This document shows positions 12,621 to 24,562 of a stretch of DNA of 64,000 nucleotides, one piece after another. The position numbers and the translations under genes are program-made. Within the stretch, counting starts at the first letter, position 1; each line of letters opens with the position of its first letter. The DNA lies in assembly GCA_023920165.1 (NCBI GenBank), contig CP089280.1:1302001-1366000 (forward strand), given 5' to 3'. The notes beneath the pieces are model-generated. The model ran no database searches. It was not told the DNA's origin and saw nothing but the letters and a program-made list of their open reading frames with translations. This stretch comes from Curvularia clavata. Its lineage: Eukaryota.

Positions 12621-12772
12621 GCAACGATATACCGTGTAGAAAGGGCCAGTACAGTTGATCTGCACCTCATCCTCACTACTCAATTTCAATCTGCGAACGG
12701 CCCGGAGCCCATCGACTTGGATAATACTTAATAAAGACTCTACTCTTCACCTCTTCGACCCCAAACACTATC

Positions 12773-13100
12773 ATGTCTACAATGTAAGCCGAAGCCCAAA
12801 CAGGATATTACTCGCCTGCTGACAAGTGACAGGGAATCAACCATCCGCCCAACAGGCTACGGCTCTGACACCGAGAGCGACGGTCAAGCATCTGGCGGTC
12901 GCAAGATCTCTGCCAACGTCGGTCCCGTTCCATCATCTGCTCAACTCAACCGCCCGGCAGGCAACATCATAAAAGGGCCCGTCGATGAGAACGGAAAGCC
13001 TAAGGACGCTGCGCTGTTGCTTGGAATCAAATTGGATCTCGAAGCGGAAATACACTTGACAGCACGGATTCGAGGTGATATTACGATTGGATTGTATTGA
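12773..13100 (+). CDS. Small uncharacterised protein, 92 aa, with C-terminal 'KLDLEAEIHLTARIRGDITIGLY' motif
   Basis: Exons 12773-12783 and 12833-13100 (intron GTAAGC...GCTGAC...CAG). Spliced translation: MSTMESTIRPTGYGSDTESDGQASGGRKISANVGPVPSSAQLNRPAGNIIKGPVDENGKPKDAALLLGIKLDLEAEIHLTARIRGDITIGLY. Not present in the ORF track. Confidence 0.85.
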
Positions 13101-15256
13101 GCTATATCATCGGGCGAGCACAATGCAGGTTCAGCCTTGAAGGCAGATGCATGGAGAACATACGTTCGAGACCGAAGACTAAGATAGACAGCATATATGG
13201 CCGATTTCTTGATGTTTGGGACATCAAGGTCAGGGTCAGGAAAAAGAATTTCTTTTAAACCCTTTCGCAAGCATGGTTGCGCATTTGCCTAAAGCCATGA
13301 AGACAAAGTAGATCACGGGTGTCACGATGAGGAGCAATCAATATCTGTTTTGAAAGTCAGCCTTTGATCAACAATTGCGTGTAAACAATGCCAAAGTAAA
13401 GGGTGCTGATCAGACTCATGCCCTGTCACAGGCAGTTATCACCATTGCCGTAGCTCGGTAGACCGTCGTGATAAATTGAATGTTCATCTTTTGAGGGAAA
13501 GGGGGAAGGAGTTAGGGTTTGACATACCTCACTTTGAGTTTCATGCCTATAGCCATGTCATGATCCTATGCAACTTATCAGTTGCTATTTCTAACCCGTA
13601 TGATCTTCAACAACCACATTACAAATGCGGATCAGACATGACGGTTCTCGTCGTCGCCGAAGCTTGGACATATGCTTGTCTTTGTTTGTGTCGTATCATC
13701 ATTGCACAAGGAGGGATAGATGTTGAGCGTACCGTATTCGTTATGGAAAACCTCATCTGGAAACCATGTCAGCCACTGCGTCCGTCAAAGCAACAAGAGA
13801 AGTTGGGAAGACGCGAATTTGTTTCAGTTGACATGAATGGATATATTTTGATTTAAGTCTTCACCGGGCGAACCCGTCGGACTCGTCATCAATTGTTCAT
13901 CATTTCGCAGAGAGAAAAGAGAGGAGAAAAAGCTTACCGATTGCATCATCAACTGCGTCTTGCAGATAGACTGTCACAATATCAGCCAATGCCCAGCCTT
14001 GTTTTTACATTCGTGTGAGACATTGAGAAGCGATCAGTTCGGCGAGGTTTCTGAGGCCTGCCATGAGAGGCATATCCGTCAAGAATCTTCGGAGCCCAGT
14101 GCCGTATCATCATGTAATGCAGTGTTCGAGGAAAAGATAGAGCATACCGATATCTATGCGAGACTCAAGTTAGCAGGAGGGTCGCGCAATGAATGAAGTA
14201 AATCAGGTATAAGGGTTAAAAATCAGAAACAGCCATTGTTTATCGGCACTGGCCGAAGCCTTGGTCGGTAATTTCCAGCGTGCCGAAGCACAAATGATCA
14301 TCATTGAAAGGGTTGGGTTGATGCACAGAGGAAAGACGTACCATAGCAAGAACAAGAGGGCAGACGCGATCGCGTAGCAAAGTGGCACAAGCTGCGCCTC
14401 TAGCAGGGACGCATTGTATGCTGGTTAGTCTACCGATATCTGTTGCTAGTTAGCTACATGCGTCTTCTGTAGAAACTAAATGTATACGATGAGGTAGTCG
14501 CGTTCAGACTGACGTGCAAGTTGAGTTTTCATGCCCCGAAGGGTCAAAGACTCTAGTTTAATTGGCTTTGTGATTCATCATAGAGACAGATGAAATGCGA
14601 GTGGAAATGCAATACGTACCAAAGTCAGGCCATGCTGGTGGCAGGAATGTGAGACAGTCAGGTTAGCAGAACATCTAGCACAAGCGACAGTGCATGTTGT
14701 CGCATTGTTGGCGTTCACCGCTGGATAAAGCGGGAAAAGTATGTGTGTGTATGTAGAAGAAAGTTGGAATGGCTTGAGAAAAGTTGTAGCTCTCGGAGGT
14801 TGGAGCTAAATTTTCCGCTCCGCTAGCGTGTTGGTGACTAAGCGGACGTCACGCGAACAGCATGTGCGGCATATGGAGGCAAAGCTGGTCCAAGCGCAGT
14901 CGAACAGGTGAGAGACAGAATTTTGGAAACAAAACAAAATAGCCATGACATTAGGCACGAAGTAGATCTCATTCTGAGCTAATATGGCATACTAAGTGCA
15001 TGTCTCCTCGTCGCTCCATCATCCTCTCTCCCCACATTGACGTCCACCTGTTCATGTCGTTGGACTCACGAGCGCCTTCTCATGACGCGGGAAGATGCTA
15101 TCGGGTAACTCGTCTATGTACATGAAGTCGTAAAATCTGAGAGTCATAAAGCATCGCGCGTGTAAAGGCGGTGATTACGTCCACCTGTACATCCAAGTCT
15201 TGAAATGGAAGGCACAGGAAGCTGGTAAAGTCGCGAACAGTAATAGTCGTGTTCTT

Positions 15257-16742
15257 TCATGACGCAAAGATGCGAACATTGAGGTCCACGCATCCTGTCG
15301 CAATGACGCATCGTATGCCTACTTTTGCAGCGTCTTCGTTCTTCTTTGCACCGTTTGTTGTACCATTGGGGGCATCCCCGTTGGCAGGGACGTCCTTGAC
15401 CACATTCGGCGCCCATCGCATACAACTGACGAAGTGGCCGTGTGCATCAGTGACGGTCTTGACGCAGCGGCCATCTTGTGTGAGATCCCAGCACCGGATA
15501 GTCTTGTCGTCGCTAGCCGATAGTAAGTACTTGCCACCGGGGTGGAAGACAAGGGATCGTATCCAGTTGTCATGGCCTGTGAGCGTCTTGATCAAAGTTC
15601 CTCGCCCATCCCATATCTTGATCGTCTTGTCTCTCGATCCGGTGGCGATGTATTCAGCTGAGCTGCTCAGCGGTGGTGGCTTCTTGAGTCCAGCAAGAGT
15701 GGCAAGATTGGCGTACGACACCGGGGGCGCTATTGTAACGCATTCGATTACATGCTCATGACCTATGAAGGTACATTTTGGTTCGCCCGAGCTTGCATCC
15801 CAGAGCCGGGCAGTTTGATCATTGCCTCCAGATAGCAGCCATCGTCCGTCAAAACTTGGTGCCACGTCGCGTACCCAGTCTGCATGTCCTCTGATTGTCT
15901 TGACGCAGTACCCTGTCGTGACATCCCATATCCGTAATGTCTTGTCTCGGGATGCAGAAACCAATAGGTTGCCCGATGACGGCGAGCCAGCTGCGCCGCT
16001 AGGTACGAATCGAATGGCAGAAACCGAGTGGTCGTGGCCTGGAAGCGTCCTTATGTTCTTGTACTCATCTGAGGGGTCCCATAGTTTGATGGTCAAGTCA
16101 CTGGAGCAGGATGCTAGTAACGTTCCTCCTCTTGGACCGCCAAAATCAACATCGAGTACGCCTTTGGTATGGCCCTTGACTGTCCTTTCGAGCTCTCCCA
16201 ACTCCCAATCCCAGATTTTGATCGTCGTGTCCTCGGAGCCTGAAGCGAGTGACGAGAAGATGGGATGGAAGGCTACGCATGTTATGGGCGAGCGATGCGA
16301 CTGTAACGTGTGCCGTGCTGGGGCTCGTGGCAGCCAGCTGGTGGGGTCCTGATTTCTGCGGAGAAGCGAGGTGGGAGTGGTAGAGTCCAATTCGCTCTGG
16401 AGGCTCTGGTTGCGCTGCTCAAGTTCTAGGACCTAGGAAAAAGATGAGCATGAGGCTTCAATGTGCATACTAGCGCGCAGCTACCTTCTTCTGCAGCCGT
16501 ACTACGCTCGTCCACTTCTTCTCGAGCAGCCCCTCGTACTTTTTCCGCGTGGCCTCGTCGAAATTGTCCGAGATGTTGGCCTCCTCACGGAAAGCCTCTG
16601 CGGTTCTGGGCGCATTTATGACGCCCAGATAAGCCACAATGGCCTTGTGCCTGGCATGTTGTCAGTTGGGGGGCTTTTGTGTAGTGGCCACGGGCAAGAC
16701 TCACAACTCCTCGGCCTGGCGGTCTGTGAGTATCGCGCTCAT
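15257..16742 (-). CDS. nudF: Nuclear distribution protein NudF / LIS1 / Pac1 (LisH, coiled coil, WD40 repeats), ~459 aa
   Basis: Exons 16742-16705, 16650-16485, 16432-15257. N-terminus [21 protein letters not shown]...[20 protein letters not shown] (LisH region), then WD40 repeats beginning [25 protein letters not shown]. Confidence 0.96.
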
Positions 16743-17474
16743 GGCGAAACGACTAGCTCATACGCGACGGTCTCAGAAGCCCACCATCTATTGTGACGCC
16801 AGCTAGGTTGGTGTAGGGCCGTCGATGCGGAGGTTGTTGGTGGGCGCGGGGGCTCGGCGGCGGCGGTGAGCAGGGAATGAAGTCTGGCGGGGTGGTTGTG
16901 TGCTTGGGCGCAAGGGGGGAGGGGGAACGGCAAGAGAGAAGGCAGGCAGCCACGAAAGGATAGTGAATGTGTGTGAGCAATGAGGGGGGAATGTGGGTAG
17001 ACGACGGCGGTGGTGGGCAGCGGTGTGTATACACCTGGGCTGCCTTTGTCTGCGTGCAGGGGTGCCCGCCAGTGAGAAAGACGTGTTGCTGGATCAACGC
17101 CCAATGCACATGGGATTTACATCAGTACCCAGACACAACCTGGCCCTGACCACGACACGCCTCTGCTGTTGCTGCACAAGGCTCCCCAATACCCACCCGT
17201 TCCCTTCATACAGGACGCACTCTGGTCCCACTGACATCATCCGGTAGTACGTCAGCCGCCGCTCTTGTTTTCCCGCGTCGCTTCCATTCTCCCTGCGCAT
17301 CTTCCCACCTCCGCCCGTTTCTCTCCAAATGCGCTCCCTAGCGCTCCCTCTCGACACTCACCTCGTATTTGCGACTGACCTGCATACCAGCCCTCTTTTC
17401 TCTCTCTCTACACCGCCTAACCTGCTCCCACAAATACCCACAAACAATACACACATAATCAATAAACACACGCC

Positions 17475-20228
17475 ATGGCCGAAGAAGAAGATTTCAGCAA
17501 GCTGCCGCTGCCCGATCGCTTCATACACAAGAACTGGAAAGTGCGAAAGGAGGGATACGAGGCCGCTGCCAAAGAATTCAGCCTCGCTGCCAGTGAATCC
17601 GACCCAGTAGTACGCCAATTCATCAACGATGCGAGCATATGGAAGGGCGTTGTGGGCGACTCCAATGTCGCCGCGCAGCAAGAAGGTCTCGGCGCGCTAT
17701 GCGCCTTCCTCGACATAGCAGGCCAACAGGGCTGCACACGGTAATAGGTCGTGTGCCCTCATGCCAAAAGTCCCGGCTGACATGGATACGCAGGACACGG
17801 AACATCACCATTGCAACCATTGCCGAAAAGGGCCTGCCGTCAACACGTCCAGCAGCAAAACAAAAGGCGCTCGAAGCACTCATGCTATATATCGAGACAG
17901 ACAAGCCCGACCCCGTCATAGAAGAGCTGCTTCCCATACTATCCCACAAGCAACCCAAGGTCATTGCCGCAACACTAGAAGCACTCACACAAATGTACCA
18001 CGCCTATGGCTGTAAGACCATGGAGCCCAAGTCCGTCCTCAAGTCGCTCCCCAAGGTCTACGGTCATGCGGATAAGAACGTTCGTGCAAAGGCGCAGGAA
18101 TTGACAGTCGAGCTTTACAGGTGGCTTAAAGACGCCATGAAGCCGCTCTTCTGGAACGATCTGAAGCCAGTACAGCAGCAGGATCTGGACAAGCTATTCG
18201 AAAAGGTCAAGGACGAGCCTCCACCAAAGCAAGAGCGATTGCTCCGTTCACAACAGGCCGCCAAGGAAGCCGCAGCCGCAGGGCCAAGTGGAGGAGACGA
18301 GGAAGAGGACGAAGAGGACGCTGCCATTGATCTCGAACCCGAATACGAGGCTGTCGATGTATTTCCAAAGATTCCCAAGGATTTCTCTGAGAAGCTAGCA
18401 TCGTCCAAATGGAAGGACCGAAAGGAAACACTCGATGAGGTCCAGAAGGCCCTCGACCACCCCAGGATTGCCGAGGGTCCATTTGACGAGTTGATACGTG
18501 GATTTGCCAAGAGCATGAAGGATGCAAACATTGCCGTTGTTATTACAGCCGCAAACTGTGTCGAGTTGCTTGCAAAAGGTTTGAAGAAGAGCTTCGCCAA
18601 GTACCGCAAAGACGTCATGAATGCTATGATGGAGCGACTCAAGGAGAAGAAGCAGACCGTCACTGATGCCATTGGAGCCGCTCTGGACGCATCATTTGCC
18701 TCGACAAGTTTCCAGGACTGTCTTGAAGAGATCCTGGAGTTCCTGAAGCACAAGAACCCCCAAGTCAAGCTGGAATCCTCTCGATTCCTGATCCGATGTC
18801 TAAAGAACACGCGTGAAGCACCAACACCAGAACAAGCAAAAGCGATCGCCGAGGCTTCTACAAAGCTCCTCACAGAGTCACAAGAAGTACAACGAACCGC
18901 TGGCGCTGAGACGCTGGGAACGCTCTGGAAAATCATGGGAGATCGTATTATGAACGCTCACCTTGATGGGTTGGATGACATCCGCAAGGCCAAGATTAAA
19001 GAATTCCACGATGCTGCCGATGTCAAGACCAAATACAAGCCAAAAACCGCTCCTGCTCCCAAGCCGGCCGCCGCCCCACCGACGAAGAAGCCTGTGGGCA
19101 AGCGACCAGCGCCTGGTGGTGTCAAGAAGCCCGCTCCTGCGGCCAAACCTGCTCCACCTCCGCCTGTCGAAGAGCCTGCTGCGCCTCTTGAACCAAAGCC
19201 GACGTCAAGACCGGCTGCGTCCAAATTGGGTGCTAAGCCTGGTCTGGCAGCGCCATCGAGACTTGGAGGGTTGAAGAAGCCAGGGTCTGGTCTCGCAGCA
19301 CCCTCTCCACGGAAATCAGCTCCGTCGCCTCCTCCAGAAGAAGAAGCGCCACTGCCGCAGCCCAAATTTGGTGCAGGCCGTGGTCTTGCGGGCCGTCCCC
19401 TCGGAAAGCCTGCTGCTGAGCCTGCTGCAGCCCCTGTCCCACAGGCTCCTACTGGACTGAGCTTGGTAGAGCGGGCCGAGCTTGACGAGCTTCGTGCAGA
19501 GGTCGAGCGAGTCCGAAGGCAGAATGAAGAATTGCGTGCGGAACGAACAAAGCTCACCTCGCAAATCCATGAGCTTCAAAACCAGAACGCTCAACTCATC
19601 GAAGACCACACGCGCGACGTACTTTCCATCAAGGCAAAAGAGACGCAACTCGTTCGCGCCCGCTCCGACTTTGAGGCATCAGAACAGACAGTCCACAACC
19701 AACGCCGGGAGATTGACCGCCTGAAGCGCGAGCTCAGTCGCCAAGTGCGAGTATCCTCGCCACCTCCTTCAGACATGGCTGATCAATTCTATTCGGACAA
19801 TGCCAACGGCGCACAGTTTGGTGACTCTGGGTATGGCAGCCGGGCTATGCACGCTAGAAGAGAAAGGAGTTTTGCTGGCGGGCCAGGCAGTCCAGGAGGT
19901 GATGGTAAGGAGACCTTGGACTCTCTATCCCGCCCCAGCAGTCACTTGAGTGGTAGACTGAGTCCGCGTGCAGATGGCGCTTCTGGCAAATCGTCTCTAT
20001 CGTCCCGTGGTGGCGACCGCATTAGCCCCTCGGAGAATGGTAGCGCCTTTAGAACAAGCTCACAGGCTGCTTCGGGCGCAGAGAGCTGGAAGCGTGCCGC
20101 GGAGGTAACTCAGAATCTGAAGCAGAGGATAGAGATGATGAAGGTAAGTTGTGCTTATTTTTGAAAGCTTTCACGGTTACTCACACGACATGCAGGCCAA
20201 ACAGGGAATTGGACGGCCACAAGGATAA
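17475..20228 (+). CDS. stu2: XMAP215/Dis1-family microtubule polymerase (Stu2/Alp14/AlpA), ~882 aa
   Basis: Exons 17475-17740, 17794-20143, 20196-20228. Two TOG domains (HKNWKVRKEGYE; SSKWKDRKETL), a Pro/Lys-rich linker, a coiled coil and a C-terminal ESWKRAAEVTQNLKQRIEMMKAKQG motif. Confidence 0.95.
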
Positions 20229-20868
20229 AGGGCACCTCGTCATCTTCGCATTCGCATAATTAATCTGGCTAGGGGCGAGGTGGTCTGGTGCGAGCCTTAT
20301 TGGCACGGACCAAGTGTAGTGCGCCTTATTCGACATTCATCAGGGAGCCGTTGCGAGGGCTTCGCAGCTTGTGACGACCGAGGCCCCCGCATATAGTTTA
20401 TCCATGTGCATTTTCAACGGCGTTTGGTCAAATCAGGGAGGTGCCGGTGTGATAGTGACCACAAGGCACATGGGCAGGATAGAAAGGAGAGGCACACAAC
20501 GGCGTATCATGCGTCTGGGCAGCTGGAGCACATTGGACTAGAAGTGGACTTTATTCCGTACGAGAGATTCCCCAAATGCTTGAACCATTCACCATTCAAG
20601 GTTAGCGCCATGGATACAGTTATGGCTTGAGCTTCTTATGGCAGCCGGTAGTGAATAAAGAGGCCGAGCTTCCCAAGGCCTCGACTCGATAAGACAGTGA
20701 CGCGTACCAGCCTACTGGGTTACAACTGTGCCGCAGACGGGATCGGGTCGCGGAGGATTGGATGTGACACTTGCTTAGGGCCTCGTTCAGCTTTACTTGT
20801 CCACATCTTTTTTTCTTGCTTTTGTACTCCACAGTACCCTAGATACGCAGGCACGCGTCTCACGTTCG

Positions 20869-22339
20869 ATGGCTCTCGCACTGGATTCTGGGCTGTCGCA
20901 GCGCTCCCAAAAGGCGCTACGGGAGCTTCTCCCTACGTTCGCGGCAAGCGCCCCACAACAACAAGGCGATCATTCGTCTACCGCGGTTGATCTGGCCCGA
21001 GGCCTCAACGAGGCCATTCATCCCGAGCTTCTCGAATTCTTTCGCAGCACCCAGGAGAGGAATATTGCAAGCGATGTGTGTAGCCCCACGGCTGAGCTAA
21101 GTCGGACTTCTCAGCTAACAGTTCCCCGCCAGGCGTTTGCAACACCAGCCGCATCGGTCAATGGCGGCGACCAAAGACTCCGTTGTGCACTAGCTGGCTT
21201 CTTCAATACATACTTCAATCCTATCCATACTGTGAAGCCTGAACATATTGTGCTCACATCGGGAGCGATTGATGCCGTCGAGAATGTGATCCACGCCATT
21301 TGTGACGATGGAGACTGTATTCTTGCTCCCGGTCCACATTGGTGTATGTGTATTCCTGGCATAAGAGCAACTCACATCACGAGACTAACATGATACAGCT
21401 GGTTTCGAACCAGTCCTAAAGAGAAAAGCCAACGTTGAACTCATCGTTGCAAAACCACCAACCTATTCACACTGGGACAACTACCTTCTCCCCTCACTCC
21501 AAGCCGCCTACGACTTCTCAGACAAGAGATCACGCATCAAAGCAGTCTTGCTGTGCAATCCCAACAACCCACTTTCAAGATGTTACCCCCGCCAAACCCT
21601 CTTGGACCTTATGGAGTTTTGTCAAGAGAGGGGACTCCACTTGATCTGCGATGAAGTCTACGCCCTCATCAAGCTCCACGGCACCGACAAGAAAGCCCCA
21701 GATTTCGTCAGCGCACTTAGTCTCACAGAACCGCTCGTACCAGCCGGTGCCGTCAAAGTCGATCCAAGCCATGTTCATGTCGTGTGGAGTCCGAGTAAAC
21801 TCTTCGGCATGAGCGGATTCAGAGTCGTAAGTCTAAGTCTCCAATCTCCATTTCCCGACCTTCCCTCGACTAACAGAAGAAAAAAAATCTAGGGCTGCCT
21901 TATATCCCAACAAAACCCCTCCCTCCTCCATGCCATGGCCCTAACCTCGACACACCCCTCCTCTCTCTCAACCTCGCATCTCTCCGCCCTGTTAACCTGG
22001 TCCCAACTCCCCACCCTCCTCGCCCTGAACTCGGAGCGCCTCACAATAAACTACACCGCTCTCACCACCCTCTTACGCAACTACGATATCCCGTTTGTCC
22101 CAGCATCCCATGGTCTCTGTCTCTTTGCACGCTTGGCGAAAAATGCGAAGTCCGAGGCAGAGGAAGAGTGGTTTTACGAGGATTTGGTGAGGAGAGGGGG
22201 CGTAAAAGTTGCACCTGGAAAGGGTTTTAGAGGCGTAGAGAGGGATTTTGGGTGGGCGAGGATAAGGTTTTCGGTCGAGGGGAGGGAGATGGCTGATGCG
22301 GTGAAGAGGTTGGAGGGGTTCTTGATTAAGTATGGGTGA
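20869..22339 (+). CDS. PLP-dependent class I/II aminotransferase-fold enzyme (ACC synthase-like / C-S lyase-like), ~430 aa
   Basis: Exons 20869-21075, 21133-21343, 21399-21826, 21893-22339. Motifs: IVLTSGA, LCNPNNPLSRCY, LHLICDEVY, the PLP-lysine SPSKLFGMSGFRVG, and C-terminal GWARIRF. Start codon and first intron are less certain. Confidence 0.85.
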
Positions 22340-22740
22340 ATGAATGAATCGAGGGAAAGGCATAGATGGGTATGGTTTGGTTTGGGGGTGTTCCTATGGG
22401 GGTCCAAGGTTCATTTACTGGTGCATAGTATTGCCTTTTAACTTTTTTTTAATAAAAAAGTAATCTCTCGATTCCACTTTCACTGGCTGTCTGAGAAGAA
22501 GAATCTAGTTGCGAAATTTTCCATCTTGGTGCTTAAACAGAATATTCCCCCAGACCTTATCCGCTAGAGACTGAGATTGGTATTCTACATACAACAGAGC
22601 ATATTTTTCCCTTCCATATCACAGAAGCATATCCTATTTTGCAGAGAGGCAAATCTCTTCCTTGACGAAAAATGCGTATTCACAATATTTTTCATTCCTT
22701 CATGCCAAACCAAAATAGAAAGAGACAAAGAGAAGATTGT

Positions 22741-23605
22741 TTACGATGCCATTCCCAACACCCCCTCATTCTCCTCAATGTACTTGACCATATCCTCAAT
22801 CGTACAAACTTTAATCCCCCATTTCTTGCCAAATGCCAAACACTCATCCCTCCTCATCATCCCTCCGCCCACAAACTCCGGCTTGCCAGGCACCTCCTCT
22901 CCATCCGTGATCAACTCACAGATGACACCTACGGGCTGCTTTCCCGCGAGCTTACACAAATCGACGGCGGCCTCAGTATGCCCCCTACGCTCTCTAACAC
23001 CGCCATCGCGCGCCTGCAGTGGCAAGATATGGCCCGGTCGTCGGAAATGGCTTGCCTTTGCGCTAGGATCGGCGAGCATGCGGCAGGTTAAGCTGCGGTC
23101 GTGGGCCGAGATACCCGTTGTGACCGAAGGGTCTGCGGCGTCGATACTCACGGCGTAGGCGGTACGGTTCGGATCCGCGTTGTCGGCGACCATCTGCGGG
23201 AGGTGCAGCGCTGCGGCGCGCGAGACGGGCAGCGGCGCGCAGATGTAGCCCGAGCTGTAGCGGATCATGAAGGAGGCTTTGGACGGGGTTAGGGCGGAGG
23301 CGGCGATGATGAGGTCGCCTTCGTTTTCGCGCGAGGGCGAGTCGAGGACGATGACGAATTCATCGTTCGCTGTGAAATAGCCATGTTAGCGGTGAGAAGT
23401 GGGAGGGTTTTTTTTTCTGTTTCGCAAAGGCCGACGAGGGGCACACAGTGTGCTCGTGTGCGCAGAACGTACCGAATGCTTGTATCACATCTGGTATCGA
23501 GTCGAATGCCGGGTGTGACGGTGTGGAATTGGACATCTCAGTCGCATTGCCGTTGACGCCATTCGTGCCGTTGGCAGGCAACCCGTTTACCAGTTCTGCA
23601 GTCAT
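22741..23605 (-). CDS. RIB3: 3,4-dihydroxy-2-butanone 4-phosphate synthase (riboflavin biosynthesis), ~253 aa
   Basis: Exons 23605-23473 and 23369-22741. Motifs FDSIPDVIQAF, VIVLDSPSRENEGDLI, TTGISAHDRS, RPGHILPL, RRGHTEAAVDL. Confidence 0.96.
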
Positions 23606-24562
23606 TCTCGCTGGTGTAACTTTTTTTCTTTGCCTCCTTTCTCTCTGTCGCTCTCTTGCTCCCTCTCTTTACTTAGCCCCGACGTTTGTATGTATGGAGG
23701 TTCCTCTGCTCAAAAACAATATATGGCGAGATTACCGCGGTTACTGTTCGGCCCGTATGGTTTCGCAGGCTTCTTCCCTGGCACTCGACTATGTGCTTAG
23801 AAACCAATCTCGTAAGCCACCCGGATTTCCGCGCGACCTCGGAGCCCCGGTCTTTTCTGTTATCAGGTTGGCGCGCCGCGGGGTAAGATTCAAGAGTCGT
23901 CGTGGGAACACAGAGTCGTTAAATGTTCGGATGTAGGGGTGGAAGGGCAATTGCAGGTTGTGAAAGGGAGCGGCTGAGATCGGTGGATTTGTCTTGTGAT
24001 TATCTGCGGAACCGCCGTTCGGAAGTCCCGATGTCACTGGCAGATGGAGGGGCACATGCCTCGGCCTTTTCCCCTGCGTCGGTGCGACGCGAACCGCCGC
24101 TCCGATCTAGATGCATTGCTCCGACGGCCGATGGGCTGTGGCTTGTGACACGACGTCTGTGTAACGTCAGGCACCGGCTATCACCGCGACGTTGCTTTTT
24201 ATTCGAGTGTCACTAGTGGTAGGTGGTGGATGACGACGTCCGTCTCTACATACGAGTGTACAACTATCTCTCAAGAGATCGACTTGCCTTGATGTGTGGT
24301 GGTATTTGAGTAGCAAAGTGATGCCTATGTCCTGCACCAGGTGTAAACACAATTCGAACAAAGGCCAAATCGATAGCACGTAAAAATGAGGGTATAATTC
24401 TAGAACACTTATTGGCCCACAGGGCTACTGCATGGCCTTCATCCATGCATAACCAGGGTGTAATGATGATACAAAATACAACACTTGGATACTGCCGCAT
24501 CTACTTCAGCCATGCAAAGGCAGTACCAACGCTAAAACAAGACAAAACAAATATTGGTACAA

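Noticed and set aside
13511..13519. GTTAGGGTT as a possible telomerase RNA template in a 2-kb non-coding gap
   Set aside because: A 9-nt match to some telomere-repeat permutation is expected a few times by chance in 64 kb, and I recognised no other telomerase RNA element.
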